The notes beneath the pieces were generated by a model, which ran no database searches, was not told the DNA's origin, and was given only the letters and a program-made list of their open reading frames with translations. A stretch of DNA of 64,000 nt, taken from contig OZ001293.3 of assembly GCA_963921275.4 (NCBI GenBank), forward strand, positions 4,992,001-5,056,000, read 5' to 3'. Position numbers and translations under genes: made by a program. How positions within the stretch are numbered: the stretch's first letter is position 1; each line of letters begins with the position of its first letter. The stretch comes from an uncultured Hormoscilla sp. (GTDB lineage: Bacteria > Cyanobacteriota > Cyanobacteriia > Cyanobacteriales > Desertifilaceae). Below, piece by piece: positions 51,401-62,800 of the stretch.

Positions 51401-51403
51401 TCA

Positions 51404-51685
51404 ATGTATAAATATACTCCCCTGGCCCTGCTTTGGGCGATCTGTACCCTTTCTCTCGCTAGGGCCTTACCGCCACCCTCCGATGTCTCCGAAGAAATCT
51501 TGCGCACCGAGATCCTTACCGAAGCCCGATCGCCAGTTGACGGTAAACCCCTGACCGCCGCCGAGTACGTCCTCTTGCAAGGGAGGCTACAGTCGGAACC
51601 ATCCCCCAAGATCGACCCCCAAATCGAGGAACTGATTTTTCTCCTGCGCATACGTCGTGCCATCCGTACCATCATACCCTTCTGA
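51404..51685 (+). CDS. Conserved small secreted cyanobacterial protein
   Basis: Signal-peptide-like start, EEILRTEILTEARSPVDGKPLTAAEY. Confidence 0.8.
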   Translation: MYKYTPLALLWAICTLSLARALPPPSDVSEEILRTEILTEARSPVDGKPLTAAEYVLLQGRLQSEPSPKIDPQIEELIFLLRIRRAIRTIIPF

Positions 51686-51690
51686 TGTCA

Positions 51691-52562
51691 GTGCGATTCG
51701 TTCTAGCCTAACGTGGTCAAACACGGAACGCTAGCCCGGTTTCATTAGCCGGGAACTCTGACCGCATGGGGGTTAAATTCCCCTCCCCCCAGGTACGGGG
51801 GTGACACCGGTCCTCGGTGCTACGAAGCGACATCATCGTGGTGCTAAGCGAGGACTCAAATGTAGGGATAACTGGCAGCCTAAGCCGGTGACGCCGCTAG
51901 GAAAGATATCCAAGGTTAGAGCAGGCAAACATGTGCAAGCCTCGTTATAAGGAACCAGCGAAATAAGGCTATATGCGCTGGCCTAAAAAGGAAATGGTAG
52001 CTAGTATTAGTTTTAGACTCTGGCTAATATAGTACTCAAATAGCTCCCGGGGTATAGTGTGGACCTAAAGGTATCGCGAAATGTTGTTAGGGAACGAAGT
52101 AACCTCTCGTGTGCTGTCCATCAGGACAAGTTAGATGTTAAGCGCAAGCCACGGGGGGAGGGATGGCCCAAGAAGCGAATGCCCGGGGTAATTCCTGGGA
52201 TAACATCTACAGTAATGTAGATGATGCTGGGTAGCCAGCGCTGACGTGGGTCGGTGATACTAGGAAGCTGCTGGAATGAGTAATCCTAAAAAGCCACGGA
52301 ACTAATCCGAAACGCAAGTGGAGGATAAGGTATGGATAACTGGTAAAACTGACTTGAAAATGGTGATACTAACGGTTATCAGAACAACCACTCGCTAAAC
52401 CAGGAAAGGGAAGAAAAGACAGGCGGCAAGGGCTAACGGAAGTAATTCCTATTAAGTCTACCTATGAAAAGGGCCTAGTACCCAGTAGCCGGATGCGGTG
52501 AAAATCGCAAGTCCGGTTCCTCAAGGGAGGGTCGGGAAGCGATTCCCGGCTCGACCCCATCC
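51691..52562 (+). mobile_element. ORF-less group II intron (872 nt), near-identical to 42037-42907
   Basis: GTGCGATTCG start, DV at about 52485-52519, end CGACCCCATCC shared with the other copy before the flanks diverge. Confidence 0.95.
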
Positions 52563-52721
52563 AAAGAGGGCTGTTGTGGCTCAAGGTGTATTGATTTGCC
52601 TCAGAATGTTAAAATATATGTATAAAAATAAAGAAACATAAATCAAACCACAGCTCATCCTAGACGGTGGATAATTCTGTAACTTGTTCAGTAATTTCAT
52701 GGAGATAGGTAGGATAGCCTC

Positions 52722-55022
52722 ATGTCAACGACCATTGCCCCCGATCAAATAGACCGGATTGTCTGGAATCAGCATCACGACCCATTTGAGGTTCTCGGAG
52801 CCCACAGAATTGAAAATAATGGTAAAATCAGCTGGGTAGTACGAGCCTATCAACCGACAGCAGAGGCCGTCTGGGTAGTCTGCCCGGACTCACGGACTGA
52901 GTACCCGATGCAGTCGGTACATAATCGGCACTTCTTTGAATGTACCATTGAGAAGCCGGAACTGGCCAACTATCAGTTGCGGATTAAGGAAGGGGAACAC
53001 GAACGGGTAATCTACGACCCCTACGCCTTTCGTTCTCCCAAGCTAACAGACCTTGACATTCACCTGTTCGCCGAAGGTAACCATCACCGCATCTATGAGA
53101 AACTAGGTGCCCACCCCATGAAACTGGGCGGCGTCCAAGGAGTTTACTTTGCTGTCTGGGCACCCAATGCCCGCAACGTCTCAGTGCTGGGGGATTTTAA
53201 CCAGTGGGATGGTCGCAAGCACCAGATGCGGAAAACAGGTAACGGTGTCTGGGAATTGTTTATTCCCGACTTGGATGTGGGCGAACATTATAAATACGAA
53301 GTGAAAAACTACGAGGGGCATATTTACGAGAAGTCCGACCCCTACGGGTTTCAGCAGGAAGTCCGGCCCAAAACCGCGTCCATTGTCACCGACTTAGATT
53401 CCTATAGCTGGAATGACGATGAATGGATGGAACGCCGTCGCCACACTGATGTCCTGAAAGAGCCGATCTCTGTCTATGAGGTGCATTTGGGTTCCTGGAT
53501 GCATGCAGATGCATCACAACTTGCCCAGCTTGATAATGGTGAAACAGAGCTAGTAGTAGTGGTCTCGGATTATAAACCCTATGCGCGCTTCCTGACATAC
53601 CGAGAACTGGCGGCAAAGCTAATTCCCTATGTCAAGGAACTGGGATTTACTCATATTGAGTTGATGCCTATAGCAGAGCATCCCTTTGATGGTAGCTGGG
53701 GTTATCAGGTGACGGGGTACTATGCTTGCACCTCTCGTTATGGAACGCCACAAGATTTCATGTATTTTATGGACCAATGTCACCAAAATGGTATTGGGGT
53801 GATTGTAGACTGGGTTCCGGCCCACTTCCCCAAGGACGGTCACGGTTTGGCATTCTTTGATGGCACCCATCTTTACGAACATGCGGACCCCCGCAAAGGC
53901 GAACATAAGGAATGGGGCACCCTGGTGTTCAACTATTCCCGCAATGAGGTGCGGAATTTCTTGGTGGCCAACGTGCTGTTCTGGTTCGACAAGTACCATA
54001 TCGATGGCATCCGGGTAGATGCGGTGGCGTCCATGCTTTACCTGGACTACGCCCGCAAGGATGGAGAATGGGTAGCAAATCAGTACGGAGGCCGGGAAAA
54101 TATTGAAGCGGCTAATTTCCTGCGTCAGGTGAATCATCTGTTGTTTAGCTATTTCCCTGGTACCATGTCGATCGCGGAGGAGTCCACAGACTGGGCGATG
54201 GTATCCTGGCCCACCTATGTGGGGGGTTTGGGCTTTAACCAGAAATGGAATATGGGCTGGATGCACGATATGCTGGACTACTTCAGTATGGACCCGTGGT
54301 TTCGGCAGTTCCACCAGAATAACGTGACTTTCAGTATGTGGTATCACCACTCTGAGAACTATATGCTAGCCCTATCTCACGATGAGGTGGTCCATGGTAA
54401 AAGCCCTCTGATTGGCAAGATGCCCGGGGATGAGTGGCAGAAATATGCTAACGTGCGCAGCTTGCTAGCCTATATGTTCGCCCACCCAGGCAAAAAGACT
54501 CTGTTTATGAGCATGGAGTTTGGCCAGTGGAGTGAGTGGAATGTCTGGGGGGATCTGGAGTGGCATTTACTGCAGTATGGGCCTCATCAGCAACTGAGGC
54601 AGTTTATGAGTGATTTGAATAAACTATATCGCAGCCAACCAGCCCTTTATACCCGAGATTTTGAGCAAGAAGGGTTTACCTGGATTGATTGTACCGACAA
54701 TCGCCATAGCGTGGTGTCCTTTATCCGCCGCGCCAAAGATCCGAATGATTTTGTGGTAACGGTTTGCAATTTCACTCCCCAGCCTCATTCCCATTATCGC
54801 ATTGGAGTGCCAGAACCGGGATTCTACACGGAGTTATTTAATAGCGATGCTAATCAGTATGGTGGCAGCAATATGGGGAATTTGGGCGGCCAGTGGACTG
54901 ATGAGTGGTGGTTCCACAATTATCCTAATTCCTTGGATTTGTGTTTGCCCCCCTTGAGCGTGCTGATCTTGAAGCTCGATCGCCAAAAGACCCAGGCGGT
55001 GATCGCATCTTCCGATGATTAA
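52722..55022 (+). CDS. glgB: 1,4-alpha-glucan branching enzyme
   Basis: [42 protein letters not shown]. Confidence 0.98.
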   Translation: MSTTIAPDQIDRIVWNQHHDPFEVLGAHRIENNGKISWVVRAYQPTAEAVWVVCPDSRTEYPMQSVHNRHFFECTIEKPELANYQLRIKEGEHERVIYDPYAFRSPKLTDLDIHLFAEGNHHRIYEKLGAHPMKLGGVQGVYFAVWAPNARNVSVLGDFNQWDGRKHQMRKTGNGVWELFIPDLDVGEHYKYEVKNYEGHIYEKSDPYGFQQEVRPKTASIVTDLDSYSWNDDEWMERRRHTDVLKEPISVYEVHLGSWMHADASQLAQLDNGETELVVVVSDYKPYARFLTYRELAAKLIPYVKELGFTHIELMPIAEHPFDGSWGYQVTGYYACTSRYGTPQDFMYFMDQCHQNGIGVIVDWVPAHFPKDGHGLAFFDGTHLYEHADPRKGEHKEWGTLVFNYSRNEVRNFLVANVLFWFDKYHIDGIRVDAVASMLYLDYARKDGEWVANQYGGRENIEAANFLRQVNHLLFSYFPGTMSIAEESTDWAMVSWPTYVGGLGFNQKWNMGWMHDMLDYFSMDPWFRQFHQNNVTFSMWYHHSENYMLALSHDEVVHGKSPLIGKMPGDEWQKYANVRSLLAYMFAHPGKKTLFMSMEFGQWSEWNVWGDLEWHLLQYGPHQQLRQFMSDLNKLYRSQPALYTRDFEQEGFTWIDCTDNRHSVVSFIRRAKDPNDFVVTVCNFTPQPHSHYRIGVPEPGFYTELFNSDANQYGGSNMGNLGGQWTDEWWFHNYPNSLDLCLPPLSVLILKLDRQKTQAVIASSDD

Positions 55023-55554
55023 TTTAGCCCGTTCGTAGTAAGCGCTAAAGCGCTTGCCGTCGGGAGAATCTCAATGCAAGACTTAATCAACCAGGTTTTG
55101 ATAAAAAACCTGATTTCTGGGCTACTTGCGGTGAGCGAAAAAGAAACCAGGTTTTGACAAAAACCTGATTTCTGGGCTACTTGCGGTGAGCGAAAAAGCA
55201 CTCTTGCCGTCTTACTGGGTTGATTGAAACTGGCTTAATAACCACGACTTCTCCTTGATTCATTCTGCGAGTCCGCTGCAATGCTTCCGAGATCGCTGAA
55301 ATAGCTAATCCTGGTAATAGCTGAGATTCAGGAATCCGCTGACTGCCTTTGGGTAGGGCTATGGGGTCGGGAGACACCGACATCTCTGTCCTACTGTCGC
55401 GATCGCGGCGTTGCATTTGGGTACCTTATCTCTCTTTTATCCAGATATACGATCGCCCAAATGCGAGAGCCTTTACAGCTTCGCTAAGGACTAAAGTCCT
55501 GACTACGAAGGGCGATGATGGTAAAGACTTAAGTCCTTACTACGAACGACGATA

Positions 55555-56505
55555 TTAGGACTGTTTAATCGGAATATCGATGACAAACTTCGTCCCTTGT
55601 CCTGGTGTAGAAAAGCATTCCATCTGACCGCAGTGCTTGTCCACAACGATTTGGTAGCTGATGGATAATCCCAAACCAGTACCCTTACCCACGGGTTTGG
55701 TGGTAAAGAAGGGGTCAAAGAGTCGCTGCTTGACGCTTTCAGGTATGCCAGGGCTATTGTCAGCAATCCGAATCTGGACCCGCGAGCCTGCTCGTGCTGT
55801 GTGAATCTGAATCTGGGGATTGCGGATATTTTCCCGAAAACAGGAGATATCGAAGCCATGCTGACAGTCTTCCAGGGCATCAATAGCATTAGCGAGGATG
55901 TTCATAAACACCTGATTTAGTTGTCCCGCATAACATTCAACTTGGGGTAAATTGCCATAGTTTTTGACAACCTCAATGCCGGGATGATTGGGCTGAGCTT
56001 TTAAGCGGTTATGAAGAATCATTAAGGTGCTATCTATGCCATCATGGAGATCGATGTTTTTCACCTCCGCTTCATCCAGACGAGAGAAAGTCCGCAGGGA
56101 TTTGACAATCTCGCGAATCCTTTCGGCACCCACTTTCATCGATTTCAGCAAATTGGGCAAGTCTTCTCTCACGAAATCCAACTCCATCTCCTCGATTTCG
56201 GCAGCGATATCTGGGTGAGGTTGGGGGTAGTGACGATCGTACAGCCCGATTATTTCTAACAGATTCTTGATATACTCTTCGGCGTGGGTAAGGTTGCCGT
56301 AAATAAAGTTAACAGGGTTGTTAATTTCGTGGGCAACCATCTGGCCGAGAGAAGACATTTTTTCAGCTTGAATTAGCTGTAACAGGGTGCGTTTTAAGTC
56401 CCCCAGAGTCTGTCTGAGCTGCTTATTTTTCTGTTTCAGCAGTTCTCCCGATCGCCGTCGGGCCTCTTCTGCCCGTTTCCGCTCGGTAATATCGCGTCCT
56501 TCTGC
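55555..56505 (-). pseudogene. Sensor histidine kinase, C-terminal part only (5' end replaced by a MITE)
   Basis: AHEINNP, NQVFMNILANA, FDPFFTTK, GTGLGL; G1 box reads DNSPG; upstream GRDITERKRAEE abuts the MITE. Confidence 0.8.
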
Positions 56506-56684
56506 GCTGGAGGGCTAGCAATCTCACCGACGACGCCGATCGCGTAGCGTGGCGCAGCCATAGCGCTCTTTCTCTCATACGGGGCGGGGGGATTGCTTCG
56601 GGGGGGTTAACTCAATTTAGCATGAGTTAATCGCTCCGTACCCCCCTCGCAATGACAACCTATATCTTTAACCGAGAAGTATTG
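56506..56684. mobile_element. Partial MITE of the 10401-10646 family
   Basis: ggagggctagcaatctcaccgacgacg core and right end taaccgagaagtattg. Confidence 0.75.
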
Positions 56685-57039
56685 TAGCGGCTCCCCCCGA
56701 AGCAATCTCCAGGTGCTGAGCGTCCAGATTGCTTCGGGGGGGAATTACTCCTACTGAAAAAGGATCTCTCAATTATCCCCTCCCTCGCAATGATATGATT
56801 TACTGCCCCAAAAAACGCAGTTTCTGACCGTTCGCAGTATGTCAAAATACTGAGCTGAAAGCTAAAATTGATACTATCAAACCAAGTAACCGGTGTGAAA
56901 GGGTTAGGGAGGCTTGGGGAGGCGATCACCCACACGTAGGAGCAGAGGGCTGCCGGTGGTAGGCTCGGGAAATTACCTCACAAATCTTGGTAAAGTTCTC
57001 TCATAATAGTGGTGCTACCCAACAACCGAAAATAATTTC

Positions 57040-58018
57040 TATGACTTTAATCCGCGTACCAAAATCCTGGGAAATTCCCGAACGGGAGGCAACGCCCCAA
57101 GAGGCTTTTTTCAACCGACGCCGGTTTATGAAATCCTTGCTTGGCGCTGGTTTGACTGGCAGTATCTTGCCCGTAGCAGGCTGTGGCCAGTCTCCGGTAT
57201 CATCGACGGAAAGCTCCTATGAGTCCTATCCTAATCTAGTGCGCAATCCGGCTTTTGCCAAGGTCGATCGACCGATTACCGCCGAGGAGTTGGCAGCGAA
57301 GTACAACAACTTCTATGAATTCGGCAGCGGGAAATCGATTTGGAAGGCCGCACAGGCATTGCCAACGGCAGACTGGAAAGTGGAAGTCGGGGGTTTGGTG
57401 AACAAGCCCCGAGTGTATGATTTGGATGATATCCATAAAAGGTTTCCCATAGAGGAACGGGTTTATCGCTTCCGCTGCGTGGAAGCTTGGGCCATGGTGG
57501 TACCCTGGGTAGGATTTCCCATGAGGTTGCTAGTAGAAGATGTAGAACCGACCTCTAAGGCGAAGTTCGTGCGTTTTACCTCCTGGTACGACGCCAAGAT
57601 TAGCTTAGGAGGATATGGGTTACCTTTTGCCAGATATCCCTGGCCCTACAAGGAAAGTCTGCGCCTGGATGAAATGATGAATGAGTTGGCGTTTTTTGCT
57701 ACGGGTATCTATGGTCACACCCTGCCGAAGCAGCATGGTGCGCCAATTCGAGAGGTGGTTCCCTGGAAGTATGGGTTCAAGGGCGCTAAGTCGATCGTGA
57801 AGATTGAGTTTTTGGAGTCACAACCAGCAACTTTCTGGAATACCCTAGTGCCAAATGAGTATGATTTCGAGGCGAATGTGAATCCGAAGAAACCTCATCC
57901 GAGATGGTCCCAGGCGACGGAACGGCTTATTACTTCTGGTTCGCCTTTTTCCTGGCCCAGACGCCCGACTTTGCCTTATAACGGCTATGGCGAGTATGTG
58001 GCGCAGCTTTACATTTAA
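57040..58018 (+). CDS. msrP: Periplasmic methionine sulfoxide reductase catalytic subunit (molybdoenzyme, Tat signal)
   Basis: NRRRFM Tat motif, YNNFYEF, RFRCVEAW, HGAPIR, WKYGFKGAKSI. Confidence 0.93.
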
Positions 58019-58197
58019 GCAGCTACCACCGCCGCCCTCACCCTAAGGGGCTACACGAACAAAGCCCGCCTGCGCGGGCTAGATTACTTGCATCGAGATG
58101 TTCCCCTAGGATTCGTTTTTCAGAGTATATCCCTGAACTTCGATATCAGGTCGCAATTTCACTTCAATTCGAGTTCTAGTCTGCTCAATATCAGGTG

Positions 58198-58470
58198 CTA
58201 CGACAAAGCAAATTGTCCTCGATCGAAATCGATGATTTCAATAGCATCAACTAACTCAAAGCTGAGAGTTACTAGGGATAAACCAGAAACTTTTAGGTCA
58301 ATCTGAACGGACTCCTGAATTACATCCATGCAAAAACGGATGACCCTACCGGCATCATCTGTAGCTTCGTAACACCAATAACCATATTCATGATTGGCAA
58401 TTTTGGGTTCGGACCAAAACAGTTCTAGTAAAGTCAGTTCGTCAATTTTTTCGCGTAGTTTCATTTGCAT
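58198..58470 (-). CDS. Hypothetical acidic protein, probably truncated
   Basis: Coding-like ORF; family not recognised. Confidence 0.4.
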   Translation of the reverse strand: MQMKLREKIDELTLLELFWSEPKIANHEYGYWCYEATDDAGRVIRFCMDVIQESVQIDLKVSGLSLVTLSFELVDAIEIIDFDRGQFALS

Positions 58471-58874
58471 TATGCTCAATTAAGTTAACCCCCCCGTAGC
58501 GCTGCGCGCACTTCGTAAAAGCGCAGCGGCCCGACGCTAGGAGGGCTAGCAATCTCACCGACGAAGCAGGAGCGCTCTTGATCTAATACGGGGCGGGGGG
58601 ATGGTGGGCGGTGCCCTACATCTATTTGCTCTTTCCTCGATATGCGATCGCCATGCTCGTGGGCGGTGCCTACATCTAATTGCACTTTTCCCGAGATCCG
58701 ATCGCGATGCAGTCTCGCCCCATTACATTATCAAAGAATGCGACAAAATTCCGATCGTATTTGCTCTCCCTCCCCAGATTACCCTGGAATAACAGGTAAA
58801 TTATTATACTTTTACACCCAATTGCCTCAAAATAAAGTCAAATCAAAATAGCGCTCAATCTAGGAGAGATAATT

Positions 58875-59110
58875 ATGAGTAAGGAATCTGCGATCGCCAG
58901 ACTACTGGGAACCAGATGTCAGTAATTTCATCACGGAGGATGATACTCCTGTAGATTTAGCCTCGGGGAAACAAGAAAGATTATTGGTAAGCTCAATTTA
59001 CAGTTCTCCACCAAGGCAGACTTTTGTCGCTGCAGCAAATGTAGGTATATTTCATACAGCATCCCAACCAGCGATCGTGCCAATTGCATTTCAGCCCTCT
59101 GACAGCTAGG
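58875..59110 (+). pseudogene. Uma2-family 5' remnant
   Basis: PDVSNFITEDDTPVD, KQERLL, AAANVGIF...PAIVP fragments. Confidence 0.65.
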
Positions 59111-59157
59111 AGTCCTCGCAAAACCTTGAGGTATTGACGCGGTTTCTGGCTCCTGGC

Positions 59158-59560
59158 GCGATCGCCCCTCCGACCGGAAGACCAAGAAACCGGGTTAGAG
59201 CGATAATTTGGGCTCCTGACGCCAGATTTGGTAAAAGAAACAAAGGTGATGGCTTCTGGCGCGATCGCCTCTCTGACCCGAAGACCAAGAAACCGGGTTT
59301 CACCTGATAATTTGGGCTCCTGGCGACAGATTTGATAAAAGAAACAAAGGTGATGGCAAGACCGTGATCGCCTCTCCGACCCGAAGACCAAGAAACCGGG
59401 TTTTACCCGATAATTTTGGCTCGGCAGATTTGATAAAAGAAACAAAGGTGATGGCAAGACCGCGATCGCCCCTCCGACCCGAAGACCAAGAAACTGGGTT
59501 AGAGCGATAATTTTGGATCCTGGCGACAGATTTGATAAAAGAAACAAAGGTGATGGCAAG
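59158..59560. repeat. About 101-bp tandem repeat x4, each unit starting at a HIP1-like site
   Basis: Units start at about 59158, 59261, 59363 and 59462: gcgatcgcc...gaagaccaagaaaccggg...gataaaagaaacaaaggtgatggc. Confidence 0.9.
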
Positions 59561-59771
59561 GTAACAGCAGGACTTAGGAAACAAATTAGTTATTCGACTA
59601 AAGCATGTTTCTACTTGTTTTCTAGTTACGTTATGTACATATTGAACCCGCGTTCTTTTACGCAAAGGTTTGAACATTATATTCATTGATTCTTTTAGTA
59701 AATCTTCTAATTGATAATTGTTATAAATTTTGTCTCCATAAACTTTTGATGGCAAATCAAAGCAATTGGAG

Positions 59772-62161
59772 ATTAAACTAAGCCAGTCCGTCACCGGACC
59801 GACTCGTCTTCAGAACCGGACGTGAGACTTTCACCTCATCCGACTCCTCGGCAACATCACCCTTGTCATGGGTACGGCTGTTTTTGCTGCCACCGTTGAC
59901 AGTCTTTGAGTCGTGGCAATGCTTGTGCAGTAATTGTAGGTTGTCATACCGGTCCTTACCTCCTAATGAAAGGGGCTTGATCTGGTCAACTTCCCATTTG
60001 TCACTGTCCTTGAATGTTAGTCCGCAGTGTTGGCATTTTCCTTTTTGCTTCTTAAGTAGCGTTGCTACCCTCTTACTCAATTCGGGGTTTTTGCCTAACC
60101 TTGTACTCCAATATGTAAGGTTCCCGTCATATGGGCTTGCTATTCCTTTCACTTTTACGTGTCTGACTATCTCAGTTTCGGAGTGTTTGCGCAGCGTTAT
60201 CTCTCCCTCTCCTGTCTTACATCGGAATCGCCATTTACCATCCTGGTCTACGGACCAGTACTTACGGGCTATCCAGTGACTTGACTTATTAGGGTGCCTC
60301 CTTTTGGCCCATTGCCATAGGATGTTCCATAGGTATTTATCCATATCGTTGTAAGTTTCCTTACTTACCACTGTCCTGTAATAGTTTGACCATCCCCGTA
60401 TTATTGGGTTTAGCCTACTTATCAAGGCCTCTTGCGGTATTGTTTTATGGCTAGTTACCACTTCTGATAACCGTTCTTTATGTTTCCCTATGGACTTTTT
60501 ACTGGGTTTGATTAGGGTTTTGTAGCCTAGGGGTGTTCCCTGAGTTGATTTGCCGGTTCTGTGTTTTCCCACCTGATGTTGCCTTACGTTGAATCCTAGG
60601 AAATCAAACCCCGGGTTTTCTTCGATTAGTGTGTGGGCTATCTTTGTCTTTTCGGCTTTCAGCTCTAACCCCATTCCTTTTAGCCACTCTGCTACCACTG
60701 TCTGCGCTCTGTCTATCATCTCCCTATCCTCGTGCATTATCACAAAGTCGTCTGCATATCTAACTACTGTTAGCTTCTGCTTTTCCCTTTGTGTCATAGC
60801 GAGTTTCTTTACTGCCTCCTCTAACCCGTGGAGGGCTATGTTGGCTAGCAGTGGGGATATGACACCCCCTTGGGGCGTTCCCGCCTCGGTTGCGTGCCAC
60901 TCCCCTTTGTCCATCACACCGGCTTTTAACCATGCCCGTATTTGTCTAGGAATGGGTGATGTTGTATTCAGTTTTTCCAGTAGCGCCCTGTGGTCTATCT
61001 TGTCAAAACATTTTGCAATATCAGCATCCAATACCCACTTTGATTTTTGTTTGATGCTTCCGAATATTGCCTGTATTGCATCGTGACATCCCCTACCCGG
61101 TCTGAAACCATAGGAGTTTCCTTCCATATGCGCCTCCCATTCGGGTTCAAGCGCAATTTTGAGGAGTCCTTGTGTCGCCCGGTCGTACATCGTTGGTATT
61201 CCTAGTGGACGCTTTTCGTCTCTCCCTGGTTTTGGTATCCATACACGACGTGTAGGTTTGGCCTTGTTTGAGATTTCAATTTGTCCTACCAGTTCTAAGC
61301 GTTGCTTTGGGGTCAGTGCTTTTACACCGTCCACTCCCGCTGTCTTCTTTCCCTGGTTGTCTTGAGTTACCTGTCGTACCGCTAGACTTTTGGCAGCCCG
61401 GGATTTTACCAGTAACCTTTGGAGTCTGCGAACCGTTCGCTTATTGCCTTCCATTGCCGCTCTGTAAATTCGTTTTTGCAACTTAAAGACTACCCGATCC
61501 AACTTTCGCCAGGGGGTATCCTTCCATTCATTCATCGATTCGGAGATCGTGCTCATGACGTATGCATTGCTACTTACAACTTCACAATTGACGTTACCGT
61601 GAGGGCGTCAGCATATCCCGTCCATTACAGAAGGGCGTTAGCTTCTCCACGAAATCTCTCCCAGATACAACCTGCCAAATAAAAGCAGATGTTGCGCCTG
61701 TGGTGGCTACTCAACCTATCGACCTGTGGTTGAGAGTATGTACCTGGTTTACTTCGTTCCTCTAGATGATTGGTCGTAGTTTTAGGTGGACTTTCTATGC
61801 CGGGTTTATTGTCAGTGCTTATTGGTCGGAAAAACAACCGCCAATGACCTGTATCCTTTCCCTTTTGGGCCAGCGCATCAGCCTTTTCGCTGGTTCAATG
61901 TAACGACACTTATATGAGTCTTTGCTTTCGCTCACCATGACTACTTGCTTGGCGGTAACTGGTTCAGGCTACCAGTTATTGCGCCTTTCTTACCCGCTTT
62001 ACGGATTGATGCCATCGCTACCGTCGGGTAAGTGCTGTCACTCCTGCACCTGGAGGGGTGGACTTTCACCACCATCATCTAGAAGTTGTCAGGGCTGATG
62101 GAACCCTGCCAGTGGTCCCCCATCGACTTATCGCCGGTGGTTTACACTAAACGAATCGCAC
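59772..62161 (-). mobile_element. Full-length group II intron (2390 nt, chloroplast-like class) with IEP
   Basis: 5' GTGCGATTCGTTTAG at 62161, DV GAGTCGGATGAGGTGAAAGTCTCACGTCCGGTTC, 3' GGCTTAGTTTAAT. Confidence 0.95.
59778..61556 (-). CDS. ltrA: Group II intron reverse transcriptase/maturase with C-terminal HNH-like domain
   Basis: RPLGIPT, SYGFRPGR, GTPQGGVISPLL, VRYADDF, FDFLGF, LNPIIRGWSNYY, CQHC...HKHCH. Confidence 0.96.
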   Translation of the reverse strand: MSTISESMNEWKDTPWRKLDRVVFKLQKRIYRAAMEGNKRTVRRLQRLLVKSRAAKSLAVRQVTQDNQGKKTAGVDGVKALTPKQRLELVGQIEISNKAKPTRRVWIPKPGRDEKRPLGIPTMYDRATQGLLKIALEPEWEAHMEGNSYGFRPGRGCHDAIQAIFGSIKQKSKWVLDADIAKCFDKIDHRALLEKLNTTSPIPRQIRAWLKAGVMDKGEWHATEAGTPQGGVISPLLANIALHGLEEAVKKLAMTQREKQKLTVVRYADDFVIMHEDREMIDRAQTVVAEWLKGMGLELKAEKTKIAHTLIEENPGFDFLGFNVRQHQVGKHRTGKSTQGTPLGYKTLIKPSKKSIGKHKERLSEVVTSHKTIPQEALISRLNPIIRGWSNYYRTVVSKETYNDMDKYLWNILWQWAKRRHPNKSSHWIARKYWSVDQDGKWRFRCKTGEGEITLRKHSETEIVRHVKVKGIASPYDGNLTYWSTRLGKNPELSKRVATLLKKQKGKCQHCGLTFKDSDKWEVDQIKPLSLGGKDRYDNLQLLHKHCHDSKTVNGGSKNSRTHDKGDVAEESDEVKVSRPVLKTSRSGDGLA

Positions 62162-62800
62162 AATTTTCGCATCATTACAACTACCAGGAGCAAAATAAAA
62201 TTGGTTTACCAGTTTTGTTGACTAACATATGAACTCTCAATAAAAATAACGTTTTTTGCTGGCGATATATCCTCTATATTCTTCTTCTGTATAAATTTTA
62301 CATCGCTCGTGTTGTCACATCCTGGCACAGGGAAACTATCGATAATATATTCTTGACCCGGATTTAGCGAATGATTGAGCCATTGCTTGAAATAAACTCC
62401 CATACAATTGTTTCATCAATCTTATGTTTTCGACGATTAAACCTACTTTTACTTAACAGATTTTTGATCTAGTTATGTTCTGCCATAAATTGACGAGCTC
62501 TATCGCCCTCCCAAAAAATAAGCAGCAACTAATCCTACTGTCATCACCTCCGCACTATTCATTTTTACTTGTGGATCTTCTTTGATATTGAGTGCTTTTA
62601 GCAGTTCATCGCCAAGAACAAAAATTGTTATAATCATATTTTCCATAATCTACCGCAATCAACTGTTATTTTAGTACATTATAACCTATAAACAGGGATG
62701 GCTACTGATAGCATAAAAATAATATATTTCTGTATCCTACCAAAAATATCGGAAATCTCTAAGTGGGTAATCCATTTTTTTTAATAGGTAGCAACTTGAG

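Noticed and set aside
59158..61556. RT next to repeats as a DGR, retron or RT-CRISPR system
   Set aside because: The RT has group II X and En domains and lies inside a complete intron with DV/DVI; the repeats show no spacers and no adenine-specific TR/VR pattern
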